Shown piece after piece: positions 27,147-36,914 of a stretch of 64,000 nt of DNA. Position 1 is the stretch's first letter; every line of letters begins with the position of its first letter. The notes beneath the pieces are model-generated. The model saw only the letters and a program-made list of their open reading frames with translations, made no database searches and was not told the origin of the DNA. Both the position numbers and the translations under genes were made by a program. The DNA lies in the NCBI GenBank assembly GCA_044227045.1, contig JBGAFW010000002.1, positions 131,457-195,456 on the forward strand, read 5' to 3'. Origin of the DNA: Labilithrix sp. GTDB lineage: Bacteria > Myxococcota_A > Polyangia > Polyangiales > Polyangiaceae.

Positions 27147-27845
27147 GTGGCCCGCGCCAAGCGCAGCAGTGTCGGCAGCATCGACGAGACGCCCGTCCTC
27201 ACGCCGCTTCCACGCTCCTTCTACGAACGCGACGCGCTCGTGCTCGCGCGCGAGCTCATTGGAACGAGGCTCGTCGTCAAGGCACCTCGCGCGTCGTCGA
27301 TGCGCGTCGCGCGGATCGTCGAGACCGAGGCGTATTGTGGCCCCGAGGATCTCGCCTGCCACGCGCGGGTAGGGATCACCGAGCGAACGAAGACGATGTA
27401 CGGGCCGGCCGGCCATGCGTACGTGTTCCTCATCTACGGCATGTATGACTGCTTCAACATCGTCACCTTCGGCGATGGCAAGGGGCACGCGGTGCTCGTG
27501 CGCGCGGTCGAGCCGATCGCGGGCATCGCCGACGGCGTCTCGACGGACGGCCCCGGCAAGCTGACCCGCGCGCTCGGCATCACGAGGAGCGACAACGCCG
27601 CCGACCTCGTCGGCCGATCAGGGGCCCTCGGATCGAGGCTCTTCGTCGCCGCGCGCGATCCGGAGCGCTCACCTCCGAAGATCGGCGTTAGCGCGCGCGT
27701 CGGCGTCGCGTACGCAGGCGAGTGGGCCGACCGGCCTTGGCGCTTCTTCGATCGCGAGAGCGAGCACGTCTCGAGGCCGCCGGCGCGTTCGATCGGCCGC
27801 CCGGTCACCCCGGCCGCGTCTTCGTCGAAGACGAAGACCAGGTGA
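27147..27845 (+). CDS. DNA-3-methyladenine glycosylase (AAG/Mpg family)
   Basis: FYERDALVLARELIG..., VETEAYCGPEDLACHA, HAYVFLIYGMYDCFNIV, which is the Mpg family signature. Confidence 0.8.
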   Translation: MARAKRSSVGSIDETPVLTPLPRSFYERDALVLARELIGTRLVVKAPRASSMRVARIVETEAYCGPEDLACHARVGITERTKTMYGPAGHAYVFLIYGMYDCFNIVTFGDGKGHAVLVRAVEPIAGIADGVSTDGPGKLTRALGITRSDNAADLVGRSGALGSRLFVAARDPERSPPKIGVSARVGVAYAGEWADRPWRFFDRESEHVSRPPARSIGRPVTPAASSSKTKTR

Positions 27846-27965
27846 GGCTGTGCCGAAGTCGGCGCGGATCTCGGCAGAGGCCGGGGATCCGACGCCGGAG
27901 CTTTCTCTGCCGAAGTCGGCGCGGATTTCGGCAGAGCCCGTCCTCTGCCGAAGGCGGCGCGCGAG
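27846..27965. repeat. Second locus of the CTCTGCCGAAG...CTTCGGCAGAG palindromic repeat family (about 3 units)
   Basis: ctgtgccgaagtcggcgcggatctcggcagagg then ctctgccgaagtcggcgcggatttcggcagagcc then cctctgccgaaggcggcgcg. In a convergent intergenic region. Confidence 0.7.
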
Positions 27966-28065
27966 GGTGACCGGACCGGGGCGAACCGAGGCGCTGCGCG
28001 GCGTATCGTGAAATACACCCGCGGCTCGTCGTGATCTCGGTGGGGTGTCGAGAGAGAGAGACCTC

Positions 28066-28623
28066 TCAGTGTGTCTCGATGAGCGCCTTCACGTCTTTGA
28101 AGCGCTCGTTCGGGATCGGCACCGACAAGTTGTATTGTGCAATCTTCCAGGTGCCGTGGTCGGTCTTGACGAGGACGCCGGTGCCGCGCGCGGGGCCGAG
28201 GTTGGGCGTGTCGAGGTCTTCGTCGAACCACGCGGTGTCGTTGACGAACGTGATCTCGCGGCGCGTCGCGCGAAACGACCACGCCTTGCCCTTGGCGAAG
28301 TGCGGATGTGCGTACGCGCGAAACTCGGGGACCGTCCATCGCTCCTTGCCGTCGGTGCCGAGGAACACGCCGCCTTCGGCGAAGTGGGAGAAGTAGCGCG
28401 GCTCGTCGGCCTTCGCGGCGGCGTCGTGGAAGTCGTCGAGCACGCGGCCGACCTCGGCGTCCGTCGCGCCGCCTTTGCCGATCACGGCGTTGCTCGGGGC
28501 TGCGATCGCCGGCGGACCGCCCGCGGCGGGGCTCGGGCACGTTGGCTTCGCGCCCTGGCCTGCGCATCCGAGGAGCAGGGTGAGGACGATCACGGAGTGC
28601 TTCGTGGTGCAGAGGGGATTCAT
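28066..28623 (-). CDS. NTF2-like / SnoaL-like fold lipoprotein (DUF4440-like)
   Basis: Signal peptide with lipobox LLLGCAG. About 150 aa globular region with a W..E/Y pattern typical of the NTF2-like fold. Confidence 0.5.
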   Translation of the reverse strand: MNPLCTTKHSVIVLTLLLGCAGQGAKPTCPSPAAGGPPAIAAPSNAVIGKGGATDAEVGRVLDDFHDAAAKADEPRYFSHFAEGGVFLGTDGKERWTVPEFRAYAHPHFAKGKAWSFRATRREITFVNDTAWFDEDLDTPNLGPARGTGVLVKTDHGTWKIAQYNLSVPIPNERFKDVKALIETH

Positions 28624-28635
28624 GGGACGTCCTCG

Positions 28636-29145
28636 TCAGGGCGACTGCCAGATCACGGCGTGCGTCGTGGTCGATGACGCAGGCTCCACGACGAGCCTCA
28701 AGACTTCACCTTTGCGCGTGCACGCAGGTCCGCGCGGAGGGACGAGGCTGGTCGCGCCGGCTCCGCTGGCGATGGCGACCTCTCCGCGCGGCGCGTGCGC
28801 TTCGTCTTCGAGCCAGGCACGGACCGGCGCGCTCGAGGCGACGATCGCGCGGACGCACACGTCGGACGTCGCCGCCTTGATCTCGGCCGGCAGCTTCGAG
28901 GCGTCGCTCACGCGGAGCACCTCGCGCATCTGCGGCGCGTCGGACGGGCCGCGCGAGGCGAGCACCTCGACGCTCGGCACCTCGGGACCCGAGGACGAAG
29001 GCGCCGCGGGAGCTCCAGCGTCCGTGTCCGCGCGGACGACGCTCTTCGTCGCGGGACGTGCGGCGTCGCGTGACGATGCGCCGCACGCGGAGAGGGCGAT
29101 CGCGAAGGTGAGGAGGCCGAGCGCGCGCGCTTGACCGATGATCAC
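28636..29145 (-). CDS. Hypothetical lipoprotein (start uncertain, likely an internal GTG before LLTFAIALSACG)
   Basis: Lipobox LSACGAS. Overlaps the bactofilin stop by ~4 nt, consistent with translational coupling. Confidence 0.45.
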   Translation of the reverse strand: MIIGQARALGLLTFAIALSACGASSRDAARPATKSVVRADTDAGAPAAPSSSGPEVPSVEVLASRGPSDAPQMREVLRVSDASKLPAEIKAATSDVCVRAIVASSAPVRAWLEDEAHAPRGEVAIASGAGATSLVPPRGPACTRKGEVLRLVVEPASSTTTHAVIWQSP

Positions 29146-29567
29146 GCGCGCGGCTGCGCCGACGTCTCGCGAGCCGACGTCGTGCTGCGCTTCTCGTCGG
29201 CGGCCGCGGGAGGCGCGTCGGCGTCCATCCGGCACGAGCCTTGGAACTCGACGCCGCGCTCGATGTAGAGCGAAGGCGAGCTGATGTTTCCGACGAGCTT
29301 GCCGGGCGAGTGGATCTCGATGGCCTGGCTCGCGCGGACGTTGCCATGCACGGTGCCGCCGCGGACGATCACGGTCGCGACGTCGATCTCGGCATGCACC
29401 TCGGCGCCGTCACCGATGATGAGCGTGTCGTCGCTCTTGATCTCACCCTTGAAGGCGCCGTCGATCCTCACGCGACCTTCGAAGAAGAGCTTTCCTTCGA
29501 AGCGGGTGCCTCGACCGAGAAGGGCCGTGATTTCCGTGGCGGGGAGTGCGGAGTCGCCGTGAGACAT
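29142..29567 (-). CDS. Bactofilin (polymer-forming cytoskeletal protein, DUF583)
   Basis: Beta-helical bactofilin core G.L..GTRFEGKLFFEGRVRIDGAFKGEIKSDD.LIIGDGAEVHAEIDVATVIVRGGTVHGNV.A...EIHS.GKLVGNISS.SL.IE.GV.F.G.C, plus an Ala/Pro-rich C-terminal tail. Confidence 0.85.
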   Translation of the reverse strand: MSHGDSALPATEITALLGRGTRFEGKLFFEGRVRIDGAFKGEIKSDDTLIIGDGAEVHAEIDVATVIVRGGTVHGNVRASQAIEIHSPGKLVGNISSPSLYIERGVEFQGSCRMDADAPPAAADEKRSTTSARETSAQPRA

Positions 29568-29707
29568 GGTGGCCTCCGGGTAGCAGTGCCTCGGGGCCGC
29601 GGCAACCGGATCTCGCGGCTCAAGGACAGGTCTCGACGCGGCCTACCGAAGGGCCGTTTCTTTTTTCGGCCTCGCCAGCCGAGGGAGCCTCGGGTTAGGG
29701 TTCGCGC

Positions 29708-30187
29708 ATGATTGACGTTGGAACAGAGGCCCCCGACTTCGAGCTTCCATCGAGCGAGCTCACCCCCGAGGGAAAGCCGGGCAAGAAGATCAAGCTGAGC
29801 GACTACCGCGGGAAGAAGAACGTCGTTCTCGCGTTCTACCCGCTCGATTTCAGCCCTGTCTGCTCGCAGGAGCACGGCTGCTTTCGCGAGGACATCTCGA
29901 GCCTCGACGCGGCGAACGCGCAGGTCCTCGGGATCAGCGTGGACAGCGCGTGGACGCACCAAGCCTTCGCGAAGTCGATGGGCATCACGTATCCGCTCCT
30001 CGCAGACTTCCATCCGAAGGGCGCGATCGCGGACAAATTCGGTCTCTACGAGGCCGACAAAGGATTCACGTCGCGCGCGACCGTGATCGTCGACAAGAAC
30101 GGCAAGGTCGCCTGGACGCAGAACCACGGCCTCGGAAATGCGCGGGATGACAAGGCCATCCTCGAGGCGTTGAAGAAGCTCGGCTGA
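29708..30187 (+). CDS. Peroxiredoxin (AhpC/TSA family, Bcp/PrxQ- or AhpE-like)
   Basis: APDFELP...[21 protein letters not shown] places the peroxidatic Cys in the conserved FTPVC-like context. Confidence 0.85.
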   Translation: MIDVGTEAPDFELPSSELTPEGKPGKKIKLSDYRGKKNVVLAFYPLDFSPVCSQEHGCFREDISSLDAANAQVLGISVDSAWTHQAFAKSMGITYPLLADFHPKGAIADKFGLYEADKGFTSRATVIVDKNGKVAWTQNHGLGNARDDKAILEALKKLG

Positions 30188-30301
30188 GCCGAGAGGTCAG
30201 CCGTCCTCGCCACGCGTCAACGCAGCGAATCAATACGTGTAGAGCGCACTTATTGATGCGACGGGCACCCGTTTGTCGTCGTGCCGCGGCGTGCTCTACT
30301 C

Positions 30302-31087
30302 ATGAGCATGAAGTCGCGATCCGTCTTTGCGTCGTCTGCTCTCCTCCTTGGCTTGATGGCGGTCTCGTTCCCCAGCGAGGCACAACCTCGCGCCGGCACA
30401 CCGGAGGTCCTTCCTCCACCGAGCGGCGGCGCAGGGCCCGCCGCGGACGCGCCTTCGGGATCCGGATCGGGATCGCAGCAGCAAGGCGCGGCAGGTGAGG
30501 GCAAGGCGTCGCCGAAGTCGTCGTCGAACCTCGGCGGCTACGCCTACGACGACAAGCCGGCGCGCAAGACGACCGCAGGCGCCGCTCCGCGCGGTCGCTA
30601 CCGCCACTCGGGGCCGGTCGTGAACATCCCTGGCTTCGAGCAGACGACCGACGGTGGCTCACGCCTCTTCGTGCAGCTCTCGCAGAGTGTCCCGGTGGAG
30701 GAGCGCAAGGCGCAGGGCACGATCACGTACGTGCTGAAGGGCGCGAGCCCGCGCGTGTGGAACAACACGAACGCGCTCGTCACCGTGCACTTCAACACGC
30801 CGGTCGCACGCGCGCGTCTCGTCCCGTCGGGGCAAGACCTCCAGTTCATCGTCGAGCTCCGTTCGAACGCATCTCCGACCTGGAAGATGAGCGACATGCC
30901 GGACAAGAGCACGATGCTCACGATCGACTTCCCGAAGGGCGACTACCTGACGGGCGCGCCGATGGACGTGCCCGCCGCGCAGCCGCAGGGAAAGCCGGCG
31001 AAGCGTGGCGGCAAGCCGGCCAAGCCCGCCCCGAACACGAACGGCGCCGCGAAGCCGGACGAAGTCGCGCCGCCGGCCACGAACTGA
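30302..31087 (+). CDS. Secreted protein, possibly AMIN-like domain (start MSMKSRS)
   Basis: Signal peptide AVSFPSEAQP, Gly/Ser/Pro-rich linker, beta-rich domain LFVQLSQSVPVEE...ITYVLKGASP, Lys/Pro-rich tail. Confidence 0.45.
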   Translation: MSMKSRSVFASSALLLGLMAVSFPSEAQPRAGTPEVLPPPSGGAGPAADAPSGSGSGSQQQGAAGEGKASPKSSSNLGGYAYDDKPARKTTAGAAPRGRYRHSGPVVNIPGFEQTTDGGSRLFVQLSQSVPVEERKAQGTITYVLKGASPRVWNNTNALVTVHFNTPVARARLVPSGQDLQFIVELRSNASPTWKMSDMPDKSTMLTIDFPKGDYLTGAPMDVPAAQPQGKPAKRGGKPAKPAPNTNGAAKPDEVAPPATN

Positions 31088-31146
31088 CCGCTGGCGACGT
31101 CTGCATGCAGGCACCATGACCTGGTGCCCGGTGTATAAGGAGCGAG

Positions 31147-33240
31147 GTGCTCCTCGGGCAGACGCCGCAACGACGAAACGTCGCAAGGGCCGCGCGGCGA
31201 GCTGCGTTCGGCATCTCGATTGTTGTCCTGTCGACGCTTGCGGCAGGCATCGCGAGCCCGCGGTTGGCGTATGCGCGCGAGGCGCCGTCGGTCGACGACC
31301 AGCGTGACGAGGATCCCGAGCTCGGCGATCTCGAGCAAGAAGCGCTCGGCACACGTGGGCTCCTGCGAACGCGCGCCGAGTCGGTCAGCTTCGACGCCGA
31401 GCAGAAGATCCTCGAGCTGTCGGGCAACGTGCGGGTCGACGCGCCGCCGTTTCATCTTCGTTCGCAGCACATCAAGCTCTCGCGAACGCGCTACGGCATC
31501 GAGGTCGACGGCACCGGACGCCTCGCGTTCTGTCCGTGCCTCGGGACGCCGCTCACCGTGGAGTTCGAGAAGGCGATCGTCGCGCCGCCTGGCGAGCTGT
31601 TCATCAAGAGCCCGAAGCTCGAGCTGTATGGCGTGCCCGTCTTCTATTTGCCGTGGTTCTGGCTTCGCTCGGACGAGAAGGTCGGCTTGCTCCCGCCCGA
31701 CATCGCCTACCGCGGGCAAGACGGCTTCTACGCGGGCGCTGGCGTGCACTTGCCGTGGAAGGATCCACCGAAGGGCGGCCTTCGCCAGTCGATCGATCTA
31801 CGCGGCGGAGCCTATTTTCTAGGCGGATTCGCCTTTGACGCGCGACTTCGGTCGCCGAACGCGACGACGAAGATTCGTTACGATCGCCTCCCAGGCGCGC
31901 GCGCGCCGGTGCTGCTCGTCCCCGGCTCGGGCGCGGACACGAAGGTCGACGATGGGCTCCTCGTCGACGCGCGCGGCGCCGCGAACGACTCGCTGACGAC
32001 CATCGCGTGGGACGCGGACGTGCTTCGCGGACGGCGCGGCGTCGCGGCGACGACCGATCTCGACGCCGCGAGCAAGCCGTGGGACCGCGCCGCCGCGTCC
32101 GCGTCGGTGCGTGTCGGGCCGATCATCGGCGAGACGGGCGCGCGCGCGGTCACGAGACGGGGCGGCGATCTCGTCGCGGTCGAAGCCGCGGGACCGTTCG
32201 CGGCGTTTCGATCGTCGGGCGGCACGAGCGGCATCACGTACGACGCGACGGTGGAGGGCGGTACGCTTCGCACGTCCGGCGCGGCCGCGAGCGCCGCCGC
32301 GCTGGCGTCGCCCGCGATCACGCCCGACGCCGTGTCGTATGCACGCACGGAGATCGGCGCGCTCGCCGCGACCACGTTCGGCCCGATCGCGGCGTCGCTT
32401 CATGCGCGAGGGGCCGCGGACGTCGCCTCCGAAGGACGTCGCTACGGCTTCGATCGCGCCGGGCTCGTGCGCCTCCGCGTCGCGTCGCCGCTCGCGCGTT
32501 CCTTCGCGACGGGCGACGACGACGATCGCAACGATCCGCTCGTCCACGTCGTCGAGCCGTTCGTCGAGGCCGCGGCTCTCCATACGAAGAGCGACGCCAT
32601 CCTCGAGTCACTTCCGGGTCGCGGCCTCGCGTCGCTCTCGGGGACGGCGCCTGTCGTCGATGGTGGCCTCTCGACGACGCTGGGTCGCTGGGGCAAACGC
32701 GAGGCGATCGAGCTCATGGCGTCGAGCGGCGCCGCGCTCGATCACGTCTCGGACGGTGCACGCGGCGTTCCGCTCGCGCGTGCGCGGCTCTCCGCGACGT
32801 TCGTGCCGATCGGTGCGCAGCTCGAGACAGGTCACGTCATGTCGTCGCGCAAGACGGAGACGGGCAGCGCCGTCGTCGCGCGCCTTCGTCTCGGACGCGT
32901 CGACGGCCCGCGCGTCCTCGCGAACATCGCGACGCGCGAAGGCATCGATCCGATCCTCGCACGCGCGATCACCGAGGCGCCGATCGAGTCGCCGGCAGGC
33001 TTTCTCGCCGCCGAAGGCACGACCGGCGGCGCGATGCTGTTCATCCCGTGGGCGCGCGCGATCGCGACCTCCGTCGGCGCCGACGGTGACGCGACGGCCG
33101 CCGAGATCGTCGCGGCGCGCGCAGGGCTCGAGCTTCGTGACCGATGCGGATGCGTCACGCTCCGCGCGAACGGCGCGCATCGTATCGGTCGAAGCGGCGT
33201 CGACGTCTGGATCGGGATCGACTTCGCCGCCGACCGCTGA
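31147..33240 (+). CDS. LptD/OstA-family-like outer membrane protein (divergent)
   Basis: Signal peptide. OstA_N-like region AESVSFDAEQKILELSGNVRVDA...HLRSQHIKL. LptD-like YLPWFWLRSD...GLLPPDIAYRGQDGFYAG. C-terminal half has an alternating pattern compatible with a beta-barrel. Confidence 0.4.
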   Translation: MLLGQTPQRRNVARAARRAAFGISIVVLSTLAAGIASPRLAYAREAPSVDDQRDEDPELGDLEQEALGTRGLLRTRAESVSFDAEQKILELSGNVRVDAPPFHLRSQHIKLSRTRYGIEVDGTGRLAFCPCLGTPLTVEFEKAIVAPPGELFIKSPKLELYGVPVFYLPWFWLRSDEKVGLLPPDIAYRGQDGFYAGAGVHLPWKDPPKGGLRQSIDLRGGAYFLGGFAFDARLRSPNATTKIRYDRLPGARAPVLLVPGSGADTKVDDGLLVDARGAANDSLTTIAWDADVLRGRRGVAATTDLDAASKPWDRAAASASVRVGPIIGETGARAVTRRGGDLVAVEAAGPFAAFRSSGGTSGITYDATVEGGTLRTSGAAASAAALASPAITPDAVSYARTEIGALAATTFGPIAASLHARGAADVASEGRRYGFDRAGLVRLRVASPLARSFATGDDDDRNDPLVHVVEPFVEAAALHTKSDAILESLPGRGLASLSGTAPVVDGGLSTTLGRWGKREAIELMASSGAALDHVSDGARGVPLARARLSATFVPIGAQLETGHVMSSRKTETGSAVVARLRLGRVDGPRVLANIATREGIDPILARAITEAPIESPAGFLAAEGTTGGAMLFIPWARAIATSVGADGDATAAEIVAARAGLELRDRCGCVTLRANGAHRIGRSGVDVWIGIDFAADR

Positions 33241-33258
33241 CCCGACGCTGGGGCGCGC

Positions 33259-33996
33259 TCAGTCGATCGTCAACGCGCCGCGCTCGGCTTCTTCACGACG
33301 CGCCAGGATCCAGTCGCGATGCCCGACAGCGTCGCCGACCCACTCGAGGCCGAGCCCGTCGCCCTTCACCGTGGCGACGATCTCCGAAGACGTGCCGCGG
33401 AAGTAGGGGCCTCCCGAGTCGCCCGGGCACGTCGTGGCCTTCACCCACGGGAAGCTCGGAGGCACGGTGGTCTTGCGCTTCGTCATCTCGGTGTTGGCGT
33501 TCTTGCAGCCGGCGCCGTAACGACCGTAGCCGTAGACGGTCAGCCGCTCCGATGGCCAGTCGGCGGCGATCGAGGCGGGCACGGCGACGTCGGGCGTGAC
33601 GGCGACGTCGAGCTGCGCGACGGCGAGGTCGAACTTCACGTTGATCACGGTCGCGTCGGCGCGGAAGCGATGGATGCCGTAGGCGATCGTGCGGCCGTCG
33701 GCGCGCTCGATCGTGAAGGTCGCGAGCGGAGGCAGATGCGCGGCGCCGATGCTCGAGGAGAAGCCAAAGCAGTGCGCGGCGGTGAGCACGGTGCGCGGGC
33801 CGATGAGCGTCGCCGTGCAGTAGCTCCCGTCACGACGAAGCACGCCCACCTCCGGACGCTCGCGGTTCGCGTCTTCGTAGCGACGGAGCTCCGACGAGTC
33901 GGCCTCGACGCCCTCGTCTTCGCCCGCGATCGACGTCGAGCACGCCATGAGGAGCGAGAGCGCGGGGAGGGCGAAGCGGGCAGGCAGGGCAGACAT
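33259..33996 (-). CDS. Secreted trypsin-like (S1) serine protease
   Basis: Signal peptide with lipobox-like LLMACSTS. His in TAAHCF, Ser in GDSGGP. 245 aa. Confidence 0.8.
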   Translation of the reverse strand: MSALPARFALPALSLLMACSTSIAGEDEGVEADSSELRRYEDANRERPEVGVLRRDGSYCTATLIGPRTVLTAAHCFGFSSSIGAAHLPPLATFTIERADGRTIAYGIHRFRADATVINVKFDLAVAQLDVAVTPDVAVPASIAADWPSERLTVYGYGRYGAGCKNANTEMTKRKTTVPPSFPWVKATTCPGDSGGPYFRGTSSEIVATVKGDGLGLEWVGDAVGHRDWILARREEAERGALTID

Positions 33997-34447
33997 GCGC
34001 TCGCTCCAGCAAGACGTGCGCCTCGACCCGCAGCTTTACGGTGTAAAGCAATTATGCACACTTCCGCCTACACCACCGAGGACGGCCTGAGGCGACGCGG
34101 ATCCAGCGCTGGATCTCCGAACAAAAGGCCCAGTGGGTTACGCCCATCGTCGAGGACGGAAGGTCGTGCGCGCGTCGTGCTCACGACACAGCGGAGCATC
34201 GTGTCGCGACGATGAATTTTCTTTCGCGCGTCGGCTGCGCGCCGCGCGCGGAGCGCCCATGTTTTTCGAGTCGCGCGCGCGCGTCGCTTGTTGAGATCGA
34301 TTCTCAACATCGCTTTCACGTTTTCTCTTTGCACCATCGAGTGGCAGGTGCTCGATTGACCGAGATAGACGCAGCGATTGCGTGCCATGCGTGCCGCGTC
34401 CCAGGTGCTGTTGACTGGGTGAACAGAGAAGGGAGACCACGTCCGTC

Positions 34448-34918
34448 ATGAAAGGCGATCCGAAAGTCATCGATCTCTTGAACGAGATCCTCACGGGCGA
34501 GCTCACCGCCATCAACCAGTACTTCTTGCACGCGAAGATGTGCCAGAACTGGGGCTACAAGCGGCTCTACGATTACATCCGCAAAGAGTCGATCGACGAG
34601 ATGAAGCATGCGGACATGCTCATCGAGCGCATCCTCTACCTCGAAGGCCTGCCCAACCTGCAGAAGCTCGGCAAGCTCAACATCGGGCAGACGGTCGTCG
34701 AGATGCTGAAGAACGATCTCGGGATCGAGGTCGTGGCCATCCCGCTCCTCAACCGATCGATCGAAGAGTGCCGCAAGGTCGGCGACAACGGCTCCGAGGC
34801 CCTCCTCATCGGCATCTTGCGCAGCGAGGAAGAGCACGTCGACTGGCTCGAGGCGCAGCTCGAGCTCGTCAAGCAAGTCGGCGAAGCCCACTACCTCGCG
34901 CAGCAAATCCGCGAGTAG
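34448..34918 (+). CDS. bfr: Bacterioferritin
   Basis: [31 protein letters not shown]...[17 protein letters not shown]. Ferroxidase residues, heme-binding Met and 156-aa length match Bfr. Confidence 0.9.
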   Translation: MKGDPKVIDLLNEILTGELTAINQYFLHAKMCQNWGYKRLYDYIRKESIDEMKHADMLIERILYLEGLPNLQKLGKLNIGQTVVEMLKNDLGIEVVAIPLLNRSIEECRKVGDNGSEALLIGILRSEEEHVDWLEAQLELVKQVGEAHYLAQQIRE

Positions 34919-35066
34919 GCGCCGGCTGCAAAAGGCGCGTCGTGAGGCTGCAATCGGTGCGTGCGGGCGCAGTCGTTGCGTTGCGGCGGGATGTTGCGCG
35001 TGAAAGGCCTGCGCATTCTCTCGCGCAGGCGGGCCGGCATCCTTCGTGCTCCTTTGGACATCCATC

Positions 35067-35555
35067 ATGTCGAAGGACTTGCACTGCTATGAGTACGTAA
35101 ATCGGCCGTACGAGAGCGTTCGCGACGCGCTCACGATCGACGCCATTGGGGTCTTCGAGCGGGCGACGCAGTCGGCGACGGGGCGCGCGCAGTCGCTCGT
35201 CAGCAACTTGAAGGTGTCGATCGCCGGGCTCGAGGTCGGGAAGAACGTCGTCATTCGCGTCACGAAGGTGGAGCCGACGAAGGCGCCCGGGCACGTGGCG
35301 GCGGACGCCGTTCGCGTCGATCTCGAGTGGGCAGCGGAGACGAACGCCGCGCTCTTCCCGTCGATGAAGGCATCGCTCTTCGTGTACCCGCTCTCACCGA
35401 CCGAGACGCAGCTCGATCTTCGCGCGACCTACGCCCCACCGGGCGGGGTGCTGGGAGATGCGGCCGACAAGCTCGTTGGCCATCGCATCGCGGAGGCGGC
35501 CGTGCATCGCTTCCTTCAAGACATCGCCAACCGGCTCGGTCAGGAGCTCGCCTAA
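35067..35555 (+). CDS. Hypothetical protein (start MSKDLH, ORF from 35046)
   Basis: 163-aa ORF between bfr and bfd with GC-typical codons. Confidence 0.45.
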   Translation: MSKDLHCYEYVNRPYESVRDALTIDAIGVFERATQSATGRAQSLVSNLKVSIAGLEVGKNVVIRVTKVEPTKAPGHVAADAVRVDLEWAAETNAALFPSMKASLFVYPLSPTETQLDLRATYAPPGGVLGDAADKLVGHRIAEAAVHRFLQDIANRLGQELA

Positions 35556-35599
35556 CCATCCGGTCGTTCGTGAAACGTCGCAAAATGCCGTGAAACCAA

Positions 35600-35650
35600 C
35601 CCTCGAAGTAACGTTCGATATTTGCTGGTAAATATTCGAAGTTACGAGGG
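35600..35650. promoter_or_regulatory. AT-rich imperfect palindrome (candidate operator) upstream of bfd
   Basis: ccctcgaagtaacgttcgATATTTgctggtAAATATtcgaagttacgaggg. A perfect inverted 6-mer ATATTT/AAATAT with 6-nt spacer sits inside ~20-bp imperfect inverted arms. This is an AT-rich island in 70% GC DNA, ~80 bp upstream of the bfd ATG. Confidence 0.35.
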
Positions 35651-35727
35651 TTAATTCGGGGAATGCGAGCGAAGGCTCGGAAACGTCCTTGAAATGAAAA
35701 CGGCTTTCATTATCTTGATGAGGAGAG

Positions 35728-35991
35728 ATGTACGTCTGCGTTTGCCTGGCAGTCACCGAGAGCGAGGTCCGAGAGGCGATCGACGATGGCGCGATGACGC
35801 GCGAGGCAGTGACGCGCGCCTGCAGGGCGGGCGGCGACTGCGGCGCCTGTCACGGCATGATCGGCGAGATGATCGAAGACAAGCTCGAAGCGGTGCATGC
35901 ACAGACCGCGTGTCCGATGTCATCGTCTTCTCCTGACTCGCAGGAGCAGCTCGTCCCCGAGACCGCGCTCGTTCGCAAGAGCGCCGCTTAA
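35728..35991 (+). CDS. bfd: Bacterioferritin-associated ferredoxin (BFD-like [2Fe-2S] domain)
   Basis: MYVCVCLAVTESEVREAIDDGA...ACRAGGDCGAC. Confidence 0.8.
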   Translation: MYVCVCLAVTESEVREAIDDGAMTREAVTRACRAGGDCGACHGMIGEMIEDKLEAVHAQTACPMSSSSPDSQEQLVPETALVRKSAA

Positions 35992-36001
35992 GGCCGCTCG
36001 C

Positions 36002-36769
36002 TCACGACGTCATCACGGCTTTGTCGCGGTCGCCGCAGAGCCACTCGACGAGGAACGAGGCGACGTCGCCAGGCTTCGTGCCGGGGCCAAAGCCTGCGTC
36101 GAAGCCGAGCTCGAGGGCGAGTTTGTGGTCGATGCGCGGTCCGCCGAGGAGGAGGACGACCTTGTTTCGCCAGCCTTCGCGCTTCGCGAGATCGACGAGC
36201 GCCGCGGCGTTCTCCTTGTGGCAGTTGCGTTGGGTGATGATCTGGCTGACGAGCACGGCGTCGGCGTTCAGCGCGAGGGCGCGCTCGGCGAGGGTGGCGT
36301 TGTCGACCTGGGCGCCGAGGTTGTACGCCTCGAAGCACTTGTAGCTCTCGAGGCCTTTGTCGCCCGCGTAGCCCTTGTAGTTGAGGATCGCGTCGATGCC
36401 GACGGTGTGCGCGTCCGACCCGGTGCAGGCTCCGACGACGACGATCTTCCGGCCCAGGCGGGTATCGACGCGATGGTGGATGTCCTCGCGCGAGAGCGCT
36501 TCAGTGCGGACCTCCGGGACGTCGATCGTCGACGGATCCACCGCGTGCGACGAGTGACCGTAGACGACGAAATACGTGTAGCCCTCGGCGCACGTCTCCA
36601 TCGTCGAGACGAGCGGCTCGTGGAGACCGTGAAGCTCGGCGAACTTCTTCGCCGCCTCACGCGCGCGCGCCGACGGCGGCATCTCGAGGACGAACGACAT
36701 CTGAACCATGCCGTCGCCCTGGCGGTCGCCATAGGCGCGGAGCATTTTTGCGGGCGCGGTCGGATGCAT
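36002..36769 (-). CDS. kamE: Lysine 5,6-aminomutase beta subunit (B12-binding) - start probably MHPTAPAK at ~36769 (ORF to 36925)
   Basis: B12-binding DxHxxG motif in GACTGSDAHTVGIDAIL. LLLGGPRI...LGFDAGFGPG. Confidence 0.8.
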   Translation of the reverse strand: MHPTAPAKMLRAYGDRQGDGMVQMSFVLEMPPSARAREAAKKFAELHGLHEPLVSTMETCAEGYTYFVVYGHSSHAVDPSTIDVPEVRTEALSREDIHHRVDTRLGRKIVVVGACTGSDAHTVGIDAILNYKGYAGDKGLESYKCFEAYNLGAQVDNATLAERALALNADAVLVSQIITQRNCHKENAAALVDLAKREGWRNKVVLLLGGPRIDHKLALELGFDAGFGPGTKPGDVASFLVEWLCGDRDKAVMTS

Positions 36770-36914
36770 AGGAGGGTTATGGCGAACCCCCTCGCGAGTT
36801 GCAAGCGCAGCGCTTAATTCGGATTCCCAACGCCCTTCGACTGGCGATAGCCTGCCTGTCCTTTCTCGAAATCCAATCGACAAACTCAACTTCTGTAAGA
36901 GAAGACGGAGGCTC

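Noticed and set aside
28045-28677. 210-aa + strand ORF and several Arg-rich ORFs 28308..29347
   Set aside because: All are antisense to the NTF2-like, lipoprotein and bactofilin genes on the minus strand, which have signal peptides or clear family motifs.
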